A DNA stretch of 64,000 nucleotides from positions 2,688,001 to 2,752,000 of the forward strand of contig CBDBCZ010000019.1 in assembly GCA_965203295.1 (NCBI GenBank). Direction: 5' to 3'. The notes under the pieces are model-generated. The model saw only the letters and a list, made by a program, of their open reading frames with translations, had not been told where the DNA came from and did not search any database. The DNA is from Nitrospirales bacterium (lineage in GTDB: Bacteria; Nitrospirota; Nitrospiria; Nitrospirales; UBA8639). Below are positions 10,832 through 20,936 of this stretch, one piece after another. The position numbers and the translations under genes are program-made. The number at the start of each line of letters is the position of its first letter. Within the stretch, counting starts at the first letter, position 1.

Positions 10832-10960
10832 AGGGAGTTTCAGGTTTAACGTTTAAAGATCTGAGTTTCTCATCCACAGCTCTGCTTGGCCGAAACCCCA
10901 CTCAAATAAAGACGATTGAACCAAACATCCTGGATGCTCGCTGACGTCTAGGGGTATGAC
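10832..10960 (-). repeat. Repeat family B, partial copy
   Basis: Reverse complement matches 12570-12628 and 17157-17265 (CATCC..ATGTTTGGTTCAATCGTCTTTATTTGAGYGGGGTTTCGGCC ... AAACCTGAAACTCCCT). Confidence 0.75.
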
Positions 10961-11142
10961 TGTACCGCAGGAACTCTCAACTTGAACCGACCGTGTCCGT
11001 CAACTGAAATTCAAGCTTTGTAAATTAAATCTTTGCCCTTTTGGGAAGCTTGTTTTAAACTTCAACAATTCGTCAAAAGGAATTTGACGATCACATCAAT
11101 CAGAATCTCTGATCGGATTCAATTTCATGCTAAGAGGATGCT

Positions 11143-12474
11143 ATGCATATTAGTGTATTGGGAACCGGGTATGTCGGGTTGGTCACTGGAGCGTGTTTTT
11201 CAGAATTTGGGTTGAACGTGACGTGCATGGACACAGACGCCAGCCGAATCGCCAAACTGCAACATGGAGAAATCCCCTTCTACGAACCTGGCTTGGCAGA
11301 GTTGGTCACCAAAGGTCAAAAGGCCGGTCGTTTACGATTTACAACTGACCTCCTACAGGCTGTGGACACCGGGCTGGTGATCTTCATAGCCGTGGGGACA
11401 CCTCCAGGTGTCGATGGATCCGCAGATCTCTCCTATGTGGACGAGGTCGCGCGGAACATCGGCAGTCGAATGACGGGGTATAAAGTTGTTGTCACCAAAT
11501 CGACTGTTCCCGTTGGTACTGCCGAACGCATTCGCGAGATTGTCAAATCGAGCCAGACCACTCCTTGTAATTTCGATGTCGTGTCTAATCCGGAATTCCT
11601 CAGAGAGGGATCAGCCATAGAAGACTTTATGCGCCCAGACCGCGTGGTTATTGGAACAGACAGTCCACAAGCTACCGCGATTATGAAGGATTTGTATCGT
11701 CCCTTATATCTCATTGAAACCCCTGTGGTGATCACGAATGTTCCCACGGCAGAAATGATTAAATACGCCTCGAATGTCTTTTTGGCGACAAAGATTTCCT
11801 TTATCAACGAGATAGCCAATCTGTGCGAAATGGTCGGCGGGAATGTACAAACCGTTGCGAAAGCCATGGGGTTGGATAAACGAATTGGATCCAAGTTTCT
11901 TCATTCCGGTCCAGGGTACGGCGGCTCCTGCTTTGGCAAGGACACGGCTGCCTTAGTGCATATTGGGGAGAAAGCCGGTTATGAAATGAAATTGGCGGCA
12001 GCAACCAAGCGAGTGAATGAACAACAACGCGCTCGAATGGTCGATAAAATCCGCAACGTGCTTGGCTGCTTGCAGGGGAAAACCGTCGGGTTGTTGGGCC
12101 TGGCTTTCAAACCCAACACCAATGACTTACGGGACTCTCCGGCCTTAATGATTGCAGAGCATCTCATGAAGGAAGGTTGTACGATTCGCGCGTATGACCC
12201 CGAAGGCCAAGAGGAGGCAGTCGCGCTACTGCCCGAGATGATCAGTTGTCAGGATGCCTATGATGCGGCTAAGGGTGCGGATGCCTTAGTCCTTGTCACG
12301 GAATGGAACCAATTCCGCAATTTGGACTTAAACCAGATGAAGAGTCTCTTACGCTCTCCAATATTCATTGACTTACGGAATGTGTACGATCCCGAGCGTG
12401 TGGCGAGTTGTGAATTTTATTACGTGTCTGTAGGACGCCCATCTACTGGAACTCCTCCAACAGCCAACGTCTAA
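11143..12474 (+). CDS. ugd: UDP-glucose 6-dehydrogenase
   Basis: GTGYVG, TKSTVP, SNPEFLREG, GYGGSCF, GLAFKPNT. Confidence 0.95.
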   Translation: MHISVLGTGYVGLVTGACFSEFGLNVTCMDTDASRIAKLQHGEIPFYEPGLAELVTKGQKAGRLRFTTDLLQAVDTGLVIFIAVGTPPGVDGSADLSYVDEVARNIGSRMTGYKVVVTKSTVPVGTAERIREIVKSSQTTPCNFDVVSNPEFLREGSAIEDFMRPDRVVIGTDSPQATAIMKDLYRPLYLIETPVVITNVPTAEMIKYASNVFLATKISFINEIANLCEMVGGNVQTVAKAMGLDKRIGSKFLHSGPGYGGSCFGKDTAALVHIGEKAGYEMKLAAATKRVNEQQRARMVDKIRNVLGCLQGKTVGLLGLAFKPNTNDLRDSPALMIAEHLMKEGCTIRAYDPEGQEEAVALLPEMISCQDAYDAAKGADALVLVTEWNQFRNLDLNQMKSLLRSPIFIDLRNVYDPERVASCEFYYVSVGRPSTGTPPTANV

Positions 12475-12569
12475 CAGGCCGATGAAGAAGCTCGCCACAG
12501 TGTCTTTCTTTTACGGACACTGTCCGATGAAGTGGGGAGTGCCTGTTCCACGTAGGGGAATGCTCGCAG

Positions 12570-12977
12570 TCGTTAGCGGGCATCCCGAATGTTTGGTTCA
12601 ATCGTTTTTATTTGAGCGGGGTTTCGGCCCCGCACGACGAGGTCCTTTTGTTTCGGCAAAAGGACCCAAAACCATTCCCGCCCGCGCCTGGCCCTGCGGG
12701 TCTCCTTCGTCCCAGCACCGAATCACATGGCTGCGGAACTCGCTCCGCTCAGACAGTCCTCGCCGAGTTGGGGGATTCGGCGCTGCGACTCAGCCACGCG
12801 CAAGGCGGAACATACAGACTCAAAAAAGAGGACAAATTTTTTTACACCGCATACAATTTTTCACCGTCATGCTTGAAGGCGTAGGCGGGCATCCAGAGTC
12901 TCTCTCCCCACAAGACCTGGATTCCCGTTTTCACACCTACGCGTCGCAGCACTACGACGCGTAGACGTGGGAATGAC
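12570..12977 (+). repeat. Repeat family B full copy ending in a REP-like hairpin
   Basis: Near-identical to 16890-17165; ends CTGGATTCCCG...GGGAATGAC with an inserted palindrome CTACGCGTCG-N8-CGACGCGTAG. Confidence 0.85.
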
Positions 12978-12991
12978 CGAAAGGGGTTTCA

Positions 12992-13663
12992 CTACGCCTC
13001 TTTAGGCTTATACCCCATCCGATCCAGCACCTTCATAATTCTTTTTCGTAAAGGATCTTGAGCATCAGCCAGAGCCATCGCGAGTGGCTCGACAGCGGGC
13101 TTTCCGATTTTTCGCAAAATCTCGGTAGCTGATTGACGGAGTTCCTCTTCTTCGGAGACCAAAAAAGGAATCACTTCAGAAACTGAGGGGGACCCGATTT
13201 TAATCAATGCCTCATAAGCCCGCCGTCTGACATCACCCACATCATCGGATAGACATTCCACAAGCTCTTTCACCGCGCTGACTGCCTTCAACTCACCCAA
13301 TACTTCTACCGCATGCTTCCTGTTCAACCAATGGGTATCTTTTAAATCGAGAATGGCCGCATCGACCTTGACAATATTGGGATCTTTAGCCCGAATGCGA
13401 AACTGCTTAATGAGCCGTTTACCATCTTCCTCAACCACATGGACCGTGGCTCCATCACCAAGCTTAATTTTTTTTAGATCCTCTAAAGCCTCATCTGAGA
13501 CATCTAAGAGGACAGTCCTGCCATCATAGGCCAACAGTTCGAATTCAATTTGTTTGGCCTCCATATCTATTGCGGTCACGTTTTCCGTCACCAAATTAAA
13601 CCCGTCTTTTTTCGCAGACTTTGGGGTAATCTGCATGAGCTTTACGGAAGCTTCATCTGCCAT
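12992..13663 (-). CDS. HEAT-repeat (PBS lyase-like) protein with a small N-terminal beta domain
   Basis: C-terminal LxDxxxxVRxxAxxALxKIG repeats. Confidence 0.85.
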   Translation of the reverse strand: MADEASVKLMQITPKSAKKDGFNLVTENVTAIDMEAKQIEFELLAYDGRTVLLDVSDEALEDLKKIKLGDGATVHVVEEDGKRLIKQFRIRAKDPNIVKVDAAILDLKDTHWLNRKHAVEVLGELKAVSAVKELVECLSDDVGDVRRRAYEALIKIGSPSVSEVIPFLVSEEEELRQSATEILRKIGKPAVEPLAMALADAQDPLRKRIMKVLDRMGYKPKEA

Positions 13664-13706
13664 AACTTCTCCTTTCTGATTCTCTCAAATACCTCAATTT
13701 TTCATA

Positions 13707-14465
13707 TCATGAAGGTTCTGGTTTCCAACCAAAACTTGCCAAGACACCCTCTGCTGTATCTCGAACCATCTCATTTTCATCCTCAAGCAGAGGTTTGACC
13801 GAATCGATTGCCCGTTTGTCTCCTAATCGTGCAAGCGACTCGGCAGCATTTCGCCTGACAAGCCAATCCTCATCAGTTAAGGCATCAACAAGGGGCTGAA
13901 AGCCTCGGGCGTCACCAATTTTGCCCAACGCTTCTGCTGCATGACGACGGACAATCCAATTGGCTCCCTTTAACCCTTCACTCAGGGCATGAGTGGCTCT
14001 TTCATCGCCTATTTTTTTGAGGACGCGAGCCACATCTTCTTGAACGGTGGCATCCAACAATGACTCGACCAAAGCCGGCACAGCCCGGGAGTCTCCAATT
14101 CGCTCCAAAGCCCACACCGCCGCTGTTCGTACAGCTCCATCTTTGTCTTGCAAAGCCTCCATAAGGGGTTCGACGGCCCGAGGGGTTTTGAGTTTTCCTA
14201 AAGCCGAAGCGGCTTGTTCGCGCACCGACCATTCATCATCTTCTAATGCCTCAATCAGTGGATCGATGGCTGGTTCACCAACTTGCACAATGGCACTGGT
14301 GGCTGCTTCTCGAATAACCAAGTCATCGTCTAAAAACATGTCAATGAGACGCGAGATCGCTGAAGCACCGATCTGCCCCAGCCTCGCTGCGGCATGATCA
14401 CGGAGCCCTTCATTTTCATCACGAAGAGACGCCAATAACTGTTCTATTCGGTCATGGTCACTCAT
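13707..14465 (-). CDS. HEAT-repeat (PBS lyase-like) protein
   Basis: About 8 repeats of LxDxDWxVRxxAAEALGxIGD. Confidence 0.92.
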   Translation of the reverse strand: MSDHDRIEQLLASLRDENEGLRDHAAARLGQIGASAISRLIDMFLDDDLVIREAATSAIVQVGEPAIDPLIEALEDDEWSVREQAASALGKLKTPRAVEPLMEALQDKDGAVRTAAVWALERIGDSRAVPALVESLLDATVQEDVARVLKKIGDERATHALSEGLKGANWIVRRHAAEALGKIGDARGFQPLVDALTDEDWLVRRNAAESLARLGDKRAIDSVKPLLEDENEMVRDTAEGVLASFGWKPEPS

Positions 14466-15555
14466 CTAATTTCTCCTTCTCCGCCCACATCTCTTCATTC
14501 ATCTGAGCATCGGCTGCTGCCAACTTATCGAGAATGATACCGGAATTATAGGCCACAAGACCATCCCTGTCCCCCTTAAGTTTCTTCATCAGCTCGGCGT
14601 GAGGGCGAAGGACTTCCACATCTTTGATCTTTTCCAACGCCTCCACGGCCAACACACGGAGAGGTTTAATGGGAATCATCTCAATCAACAAATCCACTGG
14701 ACGAGAGTCACCGATTTGTCCAAGCGCCTTGGTGGCTAATTCCTTGACCCCTGTATCCTTATCCTTACGAAGCCGTTCAATCAGTGGCTCTACGGCCCTC
14801 ACATCTCCTATTTTCCCTAAAACATCAGCCGCCGCCTCGCGTACGACCCAATCATCATCTTCTAGGTATTCAATAAGAATCTCCACGCAGGGCCTTCCAA
14901 TGGGATGAAGCTTAATCACGGTTTCCTGACGGGCTCCTTCACGAAGTTCTGACTCCTCGACATCACGCAACTCGTCCATGATTTGGTCGACCCGTTCACG
15001 AATAGCCCCGAGCTTTTTCAACGTTTGCACAGCTTGGTCTCGAATGCAGGGATCAACCAAGGCATCAACCAGGGCATCTGAAGACCGGGAATCAAGGAGA
15101 TGGTCAAGAATGGTCGCAGCAAGAATCCGTCCTGACTCATCAGAATCCCGTAACATGACGGTCAATGGACCAATGGAAGTGGATATCGCACCCAGCAAGT
15201 CCGTGACTAACGGCCGAAGCTTTTCATCTTTCAACAATTCCACGAGTGCGGTGGCTGTGGCCTCGTCTAAGATTCCTGCGAGGTGTTTGAGGGCTTCCAT
15301 AACGGCTTGGGCGACATCGTCTTTTTCTTCCTTCAATAATTTGACTAACGCGACTCCCGCTCGCGGATCACCAATCCTGGCCAACATCCGGGCCGCTTCG
15401 ATTTTATACGTCGGAGTCCCAGTTGCCATGGCTCGAATGATTTCGTCAACAGCTCTCAGACCACCTTTTAAACAGGTCGCTGTCGCACGCATCCGCCGCC
15501 AGTCTTCTTCATGGGTCAATTCAGAAACAATCGTTTCTAGTGTTTCCTTAGGCAT
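14458..15555 (-). CDS. HEAT-repeat (PBS lyase-like) protein
   Basis: DDDWVVREAAADVLGKIGDVRAVEPL and related repeats; overlaps the next gene. Confidence 0.92.
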   Translation of the reverse strand: MPKETLETIVSELTHEEDWRRMRATATCLKGGLRAVDEIIRAMATGTPTYKIEAARMLARIGDPRAGVALVKLLKEEKDDVAQAVMEALKHLAGILDEATATALVELLKDEKLRPLVTDLLGAISTSIGPLTVMLRDSDESGRILAATILDHLLDSRSSDALVDALVDPCIRDQAVQTLKKLGAIRERVDQIMDELRDVEESELREGARQETVIKLHPIGRPCVEILIEYLEDDDWVVREAAADVLGKIGDVRAVEPLIERLRKDKDTGVKELATKALGQIGDSRPVDLLIEMIPIKPLRVLAVEALEKIKDVEVLRPHAELMKKLKGDRDGLVAYNSGIILDKLAAADAQMNEEMWAEKEKLDE

Positions 15556-15591
15556 AGGGTTCCAAACTACAAAAGGGTAAGACGCCTGGCT

Positions 15592-16683
15592 TTACAGCCG
15601 AATTTGCCCCCGTTTCCATCCAACACGCGAGAGCGTTTCCTTAATATGGCATTGAATATTTTCATCTTTTTCCGATTTCAGTAAATCCACAAGAACCGGT
15701 ATGGCCTGTTGCCCAAAAGCTGAAATGGCCTCAGCAGCCTCCGCACGGATCAAAGTATTTTGCAGGGCTGCCACCAAGACCGGCAGGGTCTGAGGGTCGC
15801 CAATTCGGGCCAAGGCCTTCACGGCGGCCTCAGCAGGAGCCAGATCATCTTTGTATCGTTCATCCTGACAGGAGGACAAGCGTCCTTCATAGTCTGCAAT
15901 TCTTAATTCCTTTAGTATCTCCAGAAGTGGGCCAACTGCACGTTGATCGCCAATTTTCCCCAGGGCTTCGATGGCCACGACACGAAGATGGTCGTTCTCT
16001 AGAGCTTCCAAGAGTGGTGTCACAGCCCTGGCATCTCCAATTTCCCCCAAAGCTTTTGCCGCATCTTGTCGCACGGCACGGTCCGAATCATGAGCAAGCC
16101 GGTTCAACAATGGGTCGACAGCTAAGGGCGATTGTATAACGCCTAGGGCCTCAGCCACACGAAATCGAACTCGCCATTCCGTATCTTGGAGAGAATGAAT
16201 TAACGATGTCACGGCCAAATCCCCCATGGCTTTTAACGTGACCGCAGCTTCATCCCGAACCGCTTTTACCTTGTCCTGAAGCAGAAGGATAAGCGTCTCG
16301 ACTGATTTGGGATTCCGTAAACGTGCTAATGCTCTCGCGGCATACATGCGAACAATCCAATCAGAGCTCACTAGTGCTGAAATAAGCGGATCTAAGACTT
16401 GGTCGTCTGAAATTTTAACCAAAACAGATGCAGCGGCTTCCTGAACAGAGAGGTTTGGATTCTGCAAACAGAGTCCTAGTTCCACGACAGCCGGTTCACC
16501 AATAGCCGTAAGCGCCTCGGTTGCTGCGTGACGGACAGCCTGATCAGAGTCACCCAACGCAAGAATCAACGGCTTGACTCCCCTGGGATCCCCCAAATGT
16601 CCTAAAAGAGTGGCTGCATCCTCACGGACCGCCCAATCCTCATCACGCAGGGCCGCGATTTGTTCTGCGACGCTATCCGTCAT
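15592..16683 (-). CDS. HEAT-repeat (PBS lyase-like) protein
   Basis: About 11 repeats, for example DEDWAVREDAATLLG. Confidence 0.92.
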   Translation of the reverse strand: MTDSVAEQIAALRDEDWAVREDAATLLGHLGDPRGVKPLILALGDSDQAVRHAATEALTAIGEPAVVELGLCLQNPNLSVQEAAASVLVKISDDQVLDPLISALVSSDWIVRMYAARALARLRNPKSVETLILLLQDKVKAVRDEAAVTLKAMGDLAVTSLIHSLQDTEWRVRFRVAEALGVIQSPLAVDPLLNRLAHDSDRAVRQDAAKALGEIGDARAVTPLLEALENDHLRVVAIEALGKIGDQRAVGPLLEILKELRIADYEGRLSSCQDERYKDDLAPAEAAVKALARIGDPQTLPVLVAALQNTLIRAEAAEAISAFGQQAIPVLVDLLKSEKDENIQCHIKETLSRVGWKRGQIRL

Positions 16684-16750
16684 GTTCTCACTTTTGCCAG
16701 AAACACAGACAGCGGATAAAAAACCCTAACAATGTTAAGGACTTACTCAC

Positions 16751-16780
16751 AACGTATCATAGCGATTTTTTCAGGGTCAA
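16751..16780 (-). promoter_or_regulatory. Putative promoter of the four-gene HEAT operon
   Basis: TTGACC-18 nt-TACGTT with an extended TG; resembles 23911-23940. Confidence 0.5.
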
Positions 16781-16884
16781 TTAAAGGGTCGTCCATTTCA
16801 CACGACCACGAGGAAGAAGTTATGAGAACCTTATCCCATAATTGTAAATACTTGAATTTCAGTTGACAGATATTGACAGATGAT

Positions 16885-17265
16885 TTTGTTTAAATCGTTA
16901 TTATTTGAGCGGGGTTTCGGCCCCGCACGCCGAGATCCTTTTGTTTCGGCAAAAGGACTCCAAACCATTCCCGCCCGCGCATGGCCCTGCGGGCCTCCTT
17001 CGTCCCAGCCCCGAATCACATGGCTGCGGAACTCGCTCCGCTCAGACAGTCCTCACCCAGAAGTCAATTCGGCGCTGGGACGTAGCCCACGCGCAAGGCG
17101 GAACATCCAGATTCAAAAAAAGGGACAAATTTTTGCAAACCGCATACATTTTTACCGTCATGTCCGCAGGCTTTAGCGGGCTAGGTTATTTGGTTACATC
17201 GTCTTTATTTGAGCGGGGTTTCGGCCAGGCGAAACGGAACTTTAAACCTGAAACTTGAAACTCCC
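16885..17265 (+). repeat. Repeat family B: full copy plus the start of a second tandem copy
   Basis: ATTTGAGCGGGGTTTCGGCC occurs at ~16903 and again at ~17207; the body matches 12600-12870. Confidence 0.85.
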
Positions 17266-17296
17266 TAATGCAGGGACAGCAGTGGGAGAATGCTTG

Positions 17297-18787
17297 TCAG
17301 GATTTTGAAGCTGTCGTTTCTTCTTTAAAGGACTTGAAGAGAGAAACAACCATTAACAGAATGACGAAGGTAAAGGGAAAGGCGGCAAGAATCGCCCCCG
17401 TTTGCAAACCCTCTAAGCCTCCTGACCACAGTAAAACAGCCGCCACAACTGATTGAACAACTCCCCAAGTAAATTTTACGGAATTAGGAGGGTTGGGGTT
17501 TCCATGGGTAGTCAATGTGCCCAGAACAAAGGTAGCAGAATCGGCCGAAGTGATAAAAAAGATGGCGATTAAAAAAATGGCAATCAAAGACAAAAGAATG
17601 CCCAAGGGGAACTGTTGAAGAACAGTGAACAAAGCCACCTCTTTCCCCTGTTCATCAATGACAGCCTTTATCCCAACCTGATCAACCATTTCTAAGGATA
17701 TGGCTGTCCCCCCAAATACCGAAAACCAAAAAGCGCAGAAGATTGTTGGGACTAACAGCACTCCCAACACAAACTCCCGCACTGTCCGACCTTTTGAAAT
17801 CCTGGCAATAAACGTTCCGACAAAAGGAGCCCAGGCAATCCACCACGCCCAAAAGAACAATGTCCAGCTATTGATCCACTTTGAATCATCAAAAGGGGCC
17901 AAATACAAACTCATTTGAGGGAGATTCTGGAAATATTCTCCCAATGCGGTGGTAAAGACTGCCATGATGAACTTGGTCGGTCCAACGAAAAAAAGGAAAA
18001 ACAACAGAAGGAGAGCCAAGACCATGTTGAGGTTACTCAAGTACTTGATCCCTCGATGAAGTCCCGTTTGGGCTGAGAGCATAAATAACAAGGTCACGAC
18101 AACAATCAGACCTAACTGTGAGTAAGCATTGTTGGGGGAGCCAAACAGGTAGGAAAGGCCTCCACTTATCTGAATGGCTCCAAATCCCAAAGAGGTCGCC
18201 ACGCCAAAAACTGTGGCGAAAACCGCAATGATGTCCACGGTATGGCCTAACGGTCCGTCCACCCTTTCCTGAAAAATTGGGCGACAGCTATGGCTGATGA
18301 GTCCTGGGTCCCGCTTTCTGAACTGAAAATACGCTAAACAGAGCGCGACCATGGCATAGATGGCCCAAGGGTGGAAGCCCCAATGAAAGAATGAAAAACG
18401 TATCGCGAGGTCAGCTGCAGCCGGAGTCTGCCCTTGTCCCATTGGAGGCTCATAGTAATGTAATGTTGGTTCAGCAACTCCCCAAAATACGAGGCCGATT
18501 CCCGTTCCTGCACAAAACAGCATGGCAAACCAGGTGACAAATGGAAATTCAGGTTCATCTCCTTCACAGCCTAAAAGAATATTTCCATAACGAGAGACAA
18601 TAAGGAACACCGAACAAAGAAGCAGACCCAGAGTCGCAAGCAGATACAACCAACCAAACGTATCCAATAGTATCCCTTGGAAGGCCCCCGTGACCTCGGC
18701 TAAATGATCGGGAAGGACAGCGCCCCAAATCAAAAATGCCACTACAAGTGACAACGATATGATATATACTGATTTGTTTGTCTTCAT
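17297..18787 (-). CDS. BCCT-family glycine betaine transporter (OpuD/BetP-like)
   Basis: WFAMLF.AG.GIGLVFWGVAEP, HWGFHPWAIY, WTLFFWAWWIAWAPFVGTFIARISKGRT, FFITSADSA. Confidence 0.95.
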   Translation of the reverse strand: MKTNKSVYIISLSLVVAFLIWGAVLPDHLAEVTGAFQGILLDTFGWLYLLATLGLLLCSVFLIVSRYGNILLGCEGDEPEFPFVTWFAMLFCAGTGIGLVFWGVAEPTLHYYEPPMGQGQTPAAADLAIRFSFFHWGFHPWAIYAMVALCLAYFQFRKRDPGLISHSCRPIFQERVDGPLGHTVDIIAVFATVFGVATSLGFGAIQISGGLSYLFGSPNNAYSQLGLIVVVTLLFMLSAQTGLHRGIKYLSNLNMVLALLLLFFLFFVGPTKFIMAVFTTALGEYFQNLPQMSLYLAPFDDSKWINSWTLFFWAWWIAWAPFVGTFIARISKGRTVREFVLGVLLVPTIFCAFWFSVFGGTAISLEMVDQVGIKAVIDEQGKEVALFTVLQQFPLGILLSLIAIFLIAIFFITSADSATFVLGTLTTHGNPNPPNSVKFTWGVVQSVVAAVLLWSGGLEGLQTGAILAAFPFTFVILLMVVSLFKSFKEETTASKS

Positions 18788-19253
18788 GAAACCATCACGT
18801 TTTTCATTTACTTTCAACTATTTATATTATTTCTCGCGACCAATATTCATAATTTTTTAGGGTAAATGCATAAATGCAATTTTTGCTGCAGTTTTTCAGA
18901 CTACGTGCTCACTCTCACACAATTCTCATTTCCCATTTGTGAGAAATTTCCCACACTATGACTTAAACATGTCGAACAAACAATCTTTTAAATCAACAAG
19001 ATAGATACATTCTTTCAAAAAACACCCTCAAATCCTTGCAAGGACATTGAGGGTAAGGCCTATTGTGCAGAGAATTCTTTCAGAACTCAAATGTGGAAAA
19101 TGTCCTACAGGGGTTGAATGAGTCAACTTGAATCGCTAGACTGACCACCTCTCCTCATAGCTCACCCCCTCGAAACCAAAAGGAACGTGTAACTGGATAT
19201 CCCTCGAGGGAATTTACAGTCCCTCCGGGGCATCACAACCAGGAGAAGAGGTT

Positions 19254-20906
19254 ATGGGTAAAGAACAACATTACGGGGAAAACCCCATCGCACAGCGGAA
19301 AACGGACCTCTATAAACGGGAGTATGTTCATAGCTTTGTTCGAAAATGGGATGAATTAATCGATTGGGAGGCCAGGGCAACTAGCGAGGGAGACTTCTTT
19401 ATCAACCTACTCAAGGAACGAGGCGTGAGGCGGGTCTTGGACGTCGCCACGGGGACCGGCTTCCATTCCATTCGGCTTCTCAAGGCGGGTTTTGAGGTCA
19501 TTAGCGCCGACGGCAGCCCAGAAATGTTGGCCCAAGCTTTTGAAAATGGCCGGAATGCCGGGTTCATCATGCGTACCATCCAAGCCGATTGGCGATGGCT
19601 CAGCCGAGATATCCACAATAAGTTTGACGCTGTCATTTGCCTTGGAAACTCGCTGACTCATTTATTTTCTGAACAGGATCGACGGAAGGCGTTAGCTGAA
19701 TTCTATGCGGCTCTGACCCATGATGGAGTCCTGATTTTAGATCAGCGAAATTATGACGGGATCTTGGATCAGGGATTCTCCTCAAAGCATGTCTATTACT
19801 ACTGCGGGGATAATGTCAGTGCGGAACCTGAATATGTGGATGAGGGGTTAGCCAGATTCCGCTATCGGTTTCCCGATCATTCGGAATACCACTTGAATAT
19901 GTTCCCTCTTCGAAAGGAATACGTCCGAAGGCTCATGCATGAGGTAGGGTTTCAACAAATTAAAACTTATGCTGATTTTCAAGAGACACACCGAGTTGAA
20001 GATCCTGACTTTTTCGTTCATGTCGCTGAAAAACTGTATAAGGGGGAAGAACGATCAACCAAAAAGCCAATGAATATGCATTACTCCAAAGCGGTGGATA
20101 CGGCTCGCGATTATTACAACAGCTCGGATGCTGATCGTTTCTATGCCACTATTTGGGGAGGAGAAGATATTCACATTGGTTTGTATTCGAATGGAACTGA
20201 TTCGATTTTTGAGGCCAGTCGCAAGACCGTAGAAAAAATGGCTTCACTGATCCTTAATCTCAATTCCAAGACCCGTGTACTCGACATCGGGTCAGGATAT
20301 GGTGGCTCAGCTCGATACCTTGTAAGAAACTTCGGCTGTCAGGTGGGGTGTCTCAATTTAAGTGAGGTACAAAATCAGAGAAATCGTGAATTGAACAAAA
20401 CTCAGTCCTTAGCCCTTTCAATTAACGTCGTAGACGGCAGTTTTGAAGATATTTCACTCCCCGATGAGTCAGTGGATGTCGTATGGTCACAAGACGCTAT
20501 TTTGCATAGCGGCGACAGGAAGCGGGTTCTTGAAGAAGTCCATCGTGTCCTTGCCAAGGATGGACAATTCATATTTACGGACCCTATGCAAAGAGATTCC
20601 TGCCCCAAAGAAGCCTTACAGCCTATTCTTGATCGGATTCACCTCGACTCCCTTGGTTCCATTCAGCAGTACAAAGAAATTCTTTTAAGCCTTGGCTTTA
20701 AACAACTCCAAATCATCAATCTTTCCGAACAACTCAGCACACACTATGGCCAGGTACTCAGTACTGTCGAAGCCAACCACTTTAACCTCACACGCGTCTG
20801 TAGTGATGAGTACATTCAGAAGATGAAGGTAGGGCTCAAACACTGGGTCGATGGCGGAATAGCTGGAAATTTGACTTGGGGGATCCTCCACTTTCAAAAA
20901 ACCTGA
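19254..20906 (+). CDS. Fused glycine/sarcosine N-methyltransferase and sarcosine/dimethylglycine N-methyltransferase (glycine betaine synthesis)
   Basis: Domain 1: FVRKWDELIDW, LDVATGTGFHS, CLGNSLTHL, DQRNYD, YYYCG. Domain 2: YYNSSDADRFY..IWGGEDIHIG, LDIGSGYGG, WSQDA.LHS, FTDPM. Confidence 0.92.
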   Translation: MGKEQHYGENPIAQRKTDLYKREYVHSFVRKWDELIDWEARATSEGDFFINLLKERGVRRVLDVATGTGFHSIRLLKAGFEVISADGSPEMLAQAFENGRNAGFIMRTIQADWRWLSRDIHNKFDAVICLGNSLTHLFSEQDRRKALAEFYAALTHDGVLILDQRNYDGILDQGFSSKHVYYYCGDNVSAEPEYVDEGLARFRYRFPDHSEYHLNMFPLRKEYVRRLMHEVGFQQIKTYADFQETHRVEDPDFFVHVAEKLYKGEERSTKKPMNMHYSKAVDTARDYYNSSDADRFYATIWGGEDIHIGLYSNGTDSIFEASRKTVEKMASLILNLNSKTRVLDIGSGYGGSARYLVRNFGCQVGCLNLSEVQNQRNRELNKTQSLALSINVVDGSFEDISLPDESVDVVWSQDAILHSGDRKRVLEEVHRVLAKDGQFIFTDPMQRDSCPKEALQPILDRIHLDSLGSIQQYKEILLSLGFKQLQIINLSEQLSTHYGQVLSTVEANHFNLTRVCSDEYIQKMKVGLKHWVDGGIAGNLTWGILHFQKT

Positions 20907-20936
20907 GCGAACGTGCCTCAGGGAAACCCAGAGTAC

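Noticed and set aside
12482..17258. ORFs 12482..12964, 12612..12884, 16880..17176 and 16905..17258 (also 2150..2398, 10314..10607, 62839..63234) as protein families
   Set aside because: Their similarity comes from the shared non-coding repeats and appears in several frames and on both strands.
19110..19253. SAM, glycine or c-di-AMP riboswitch in the methyltransferase leader
   Set aside because: Short hairpins are present but none of the conserved aptamer motifs.
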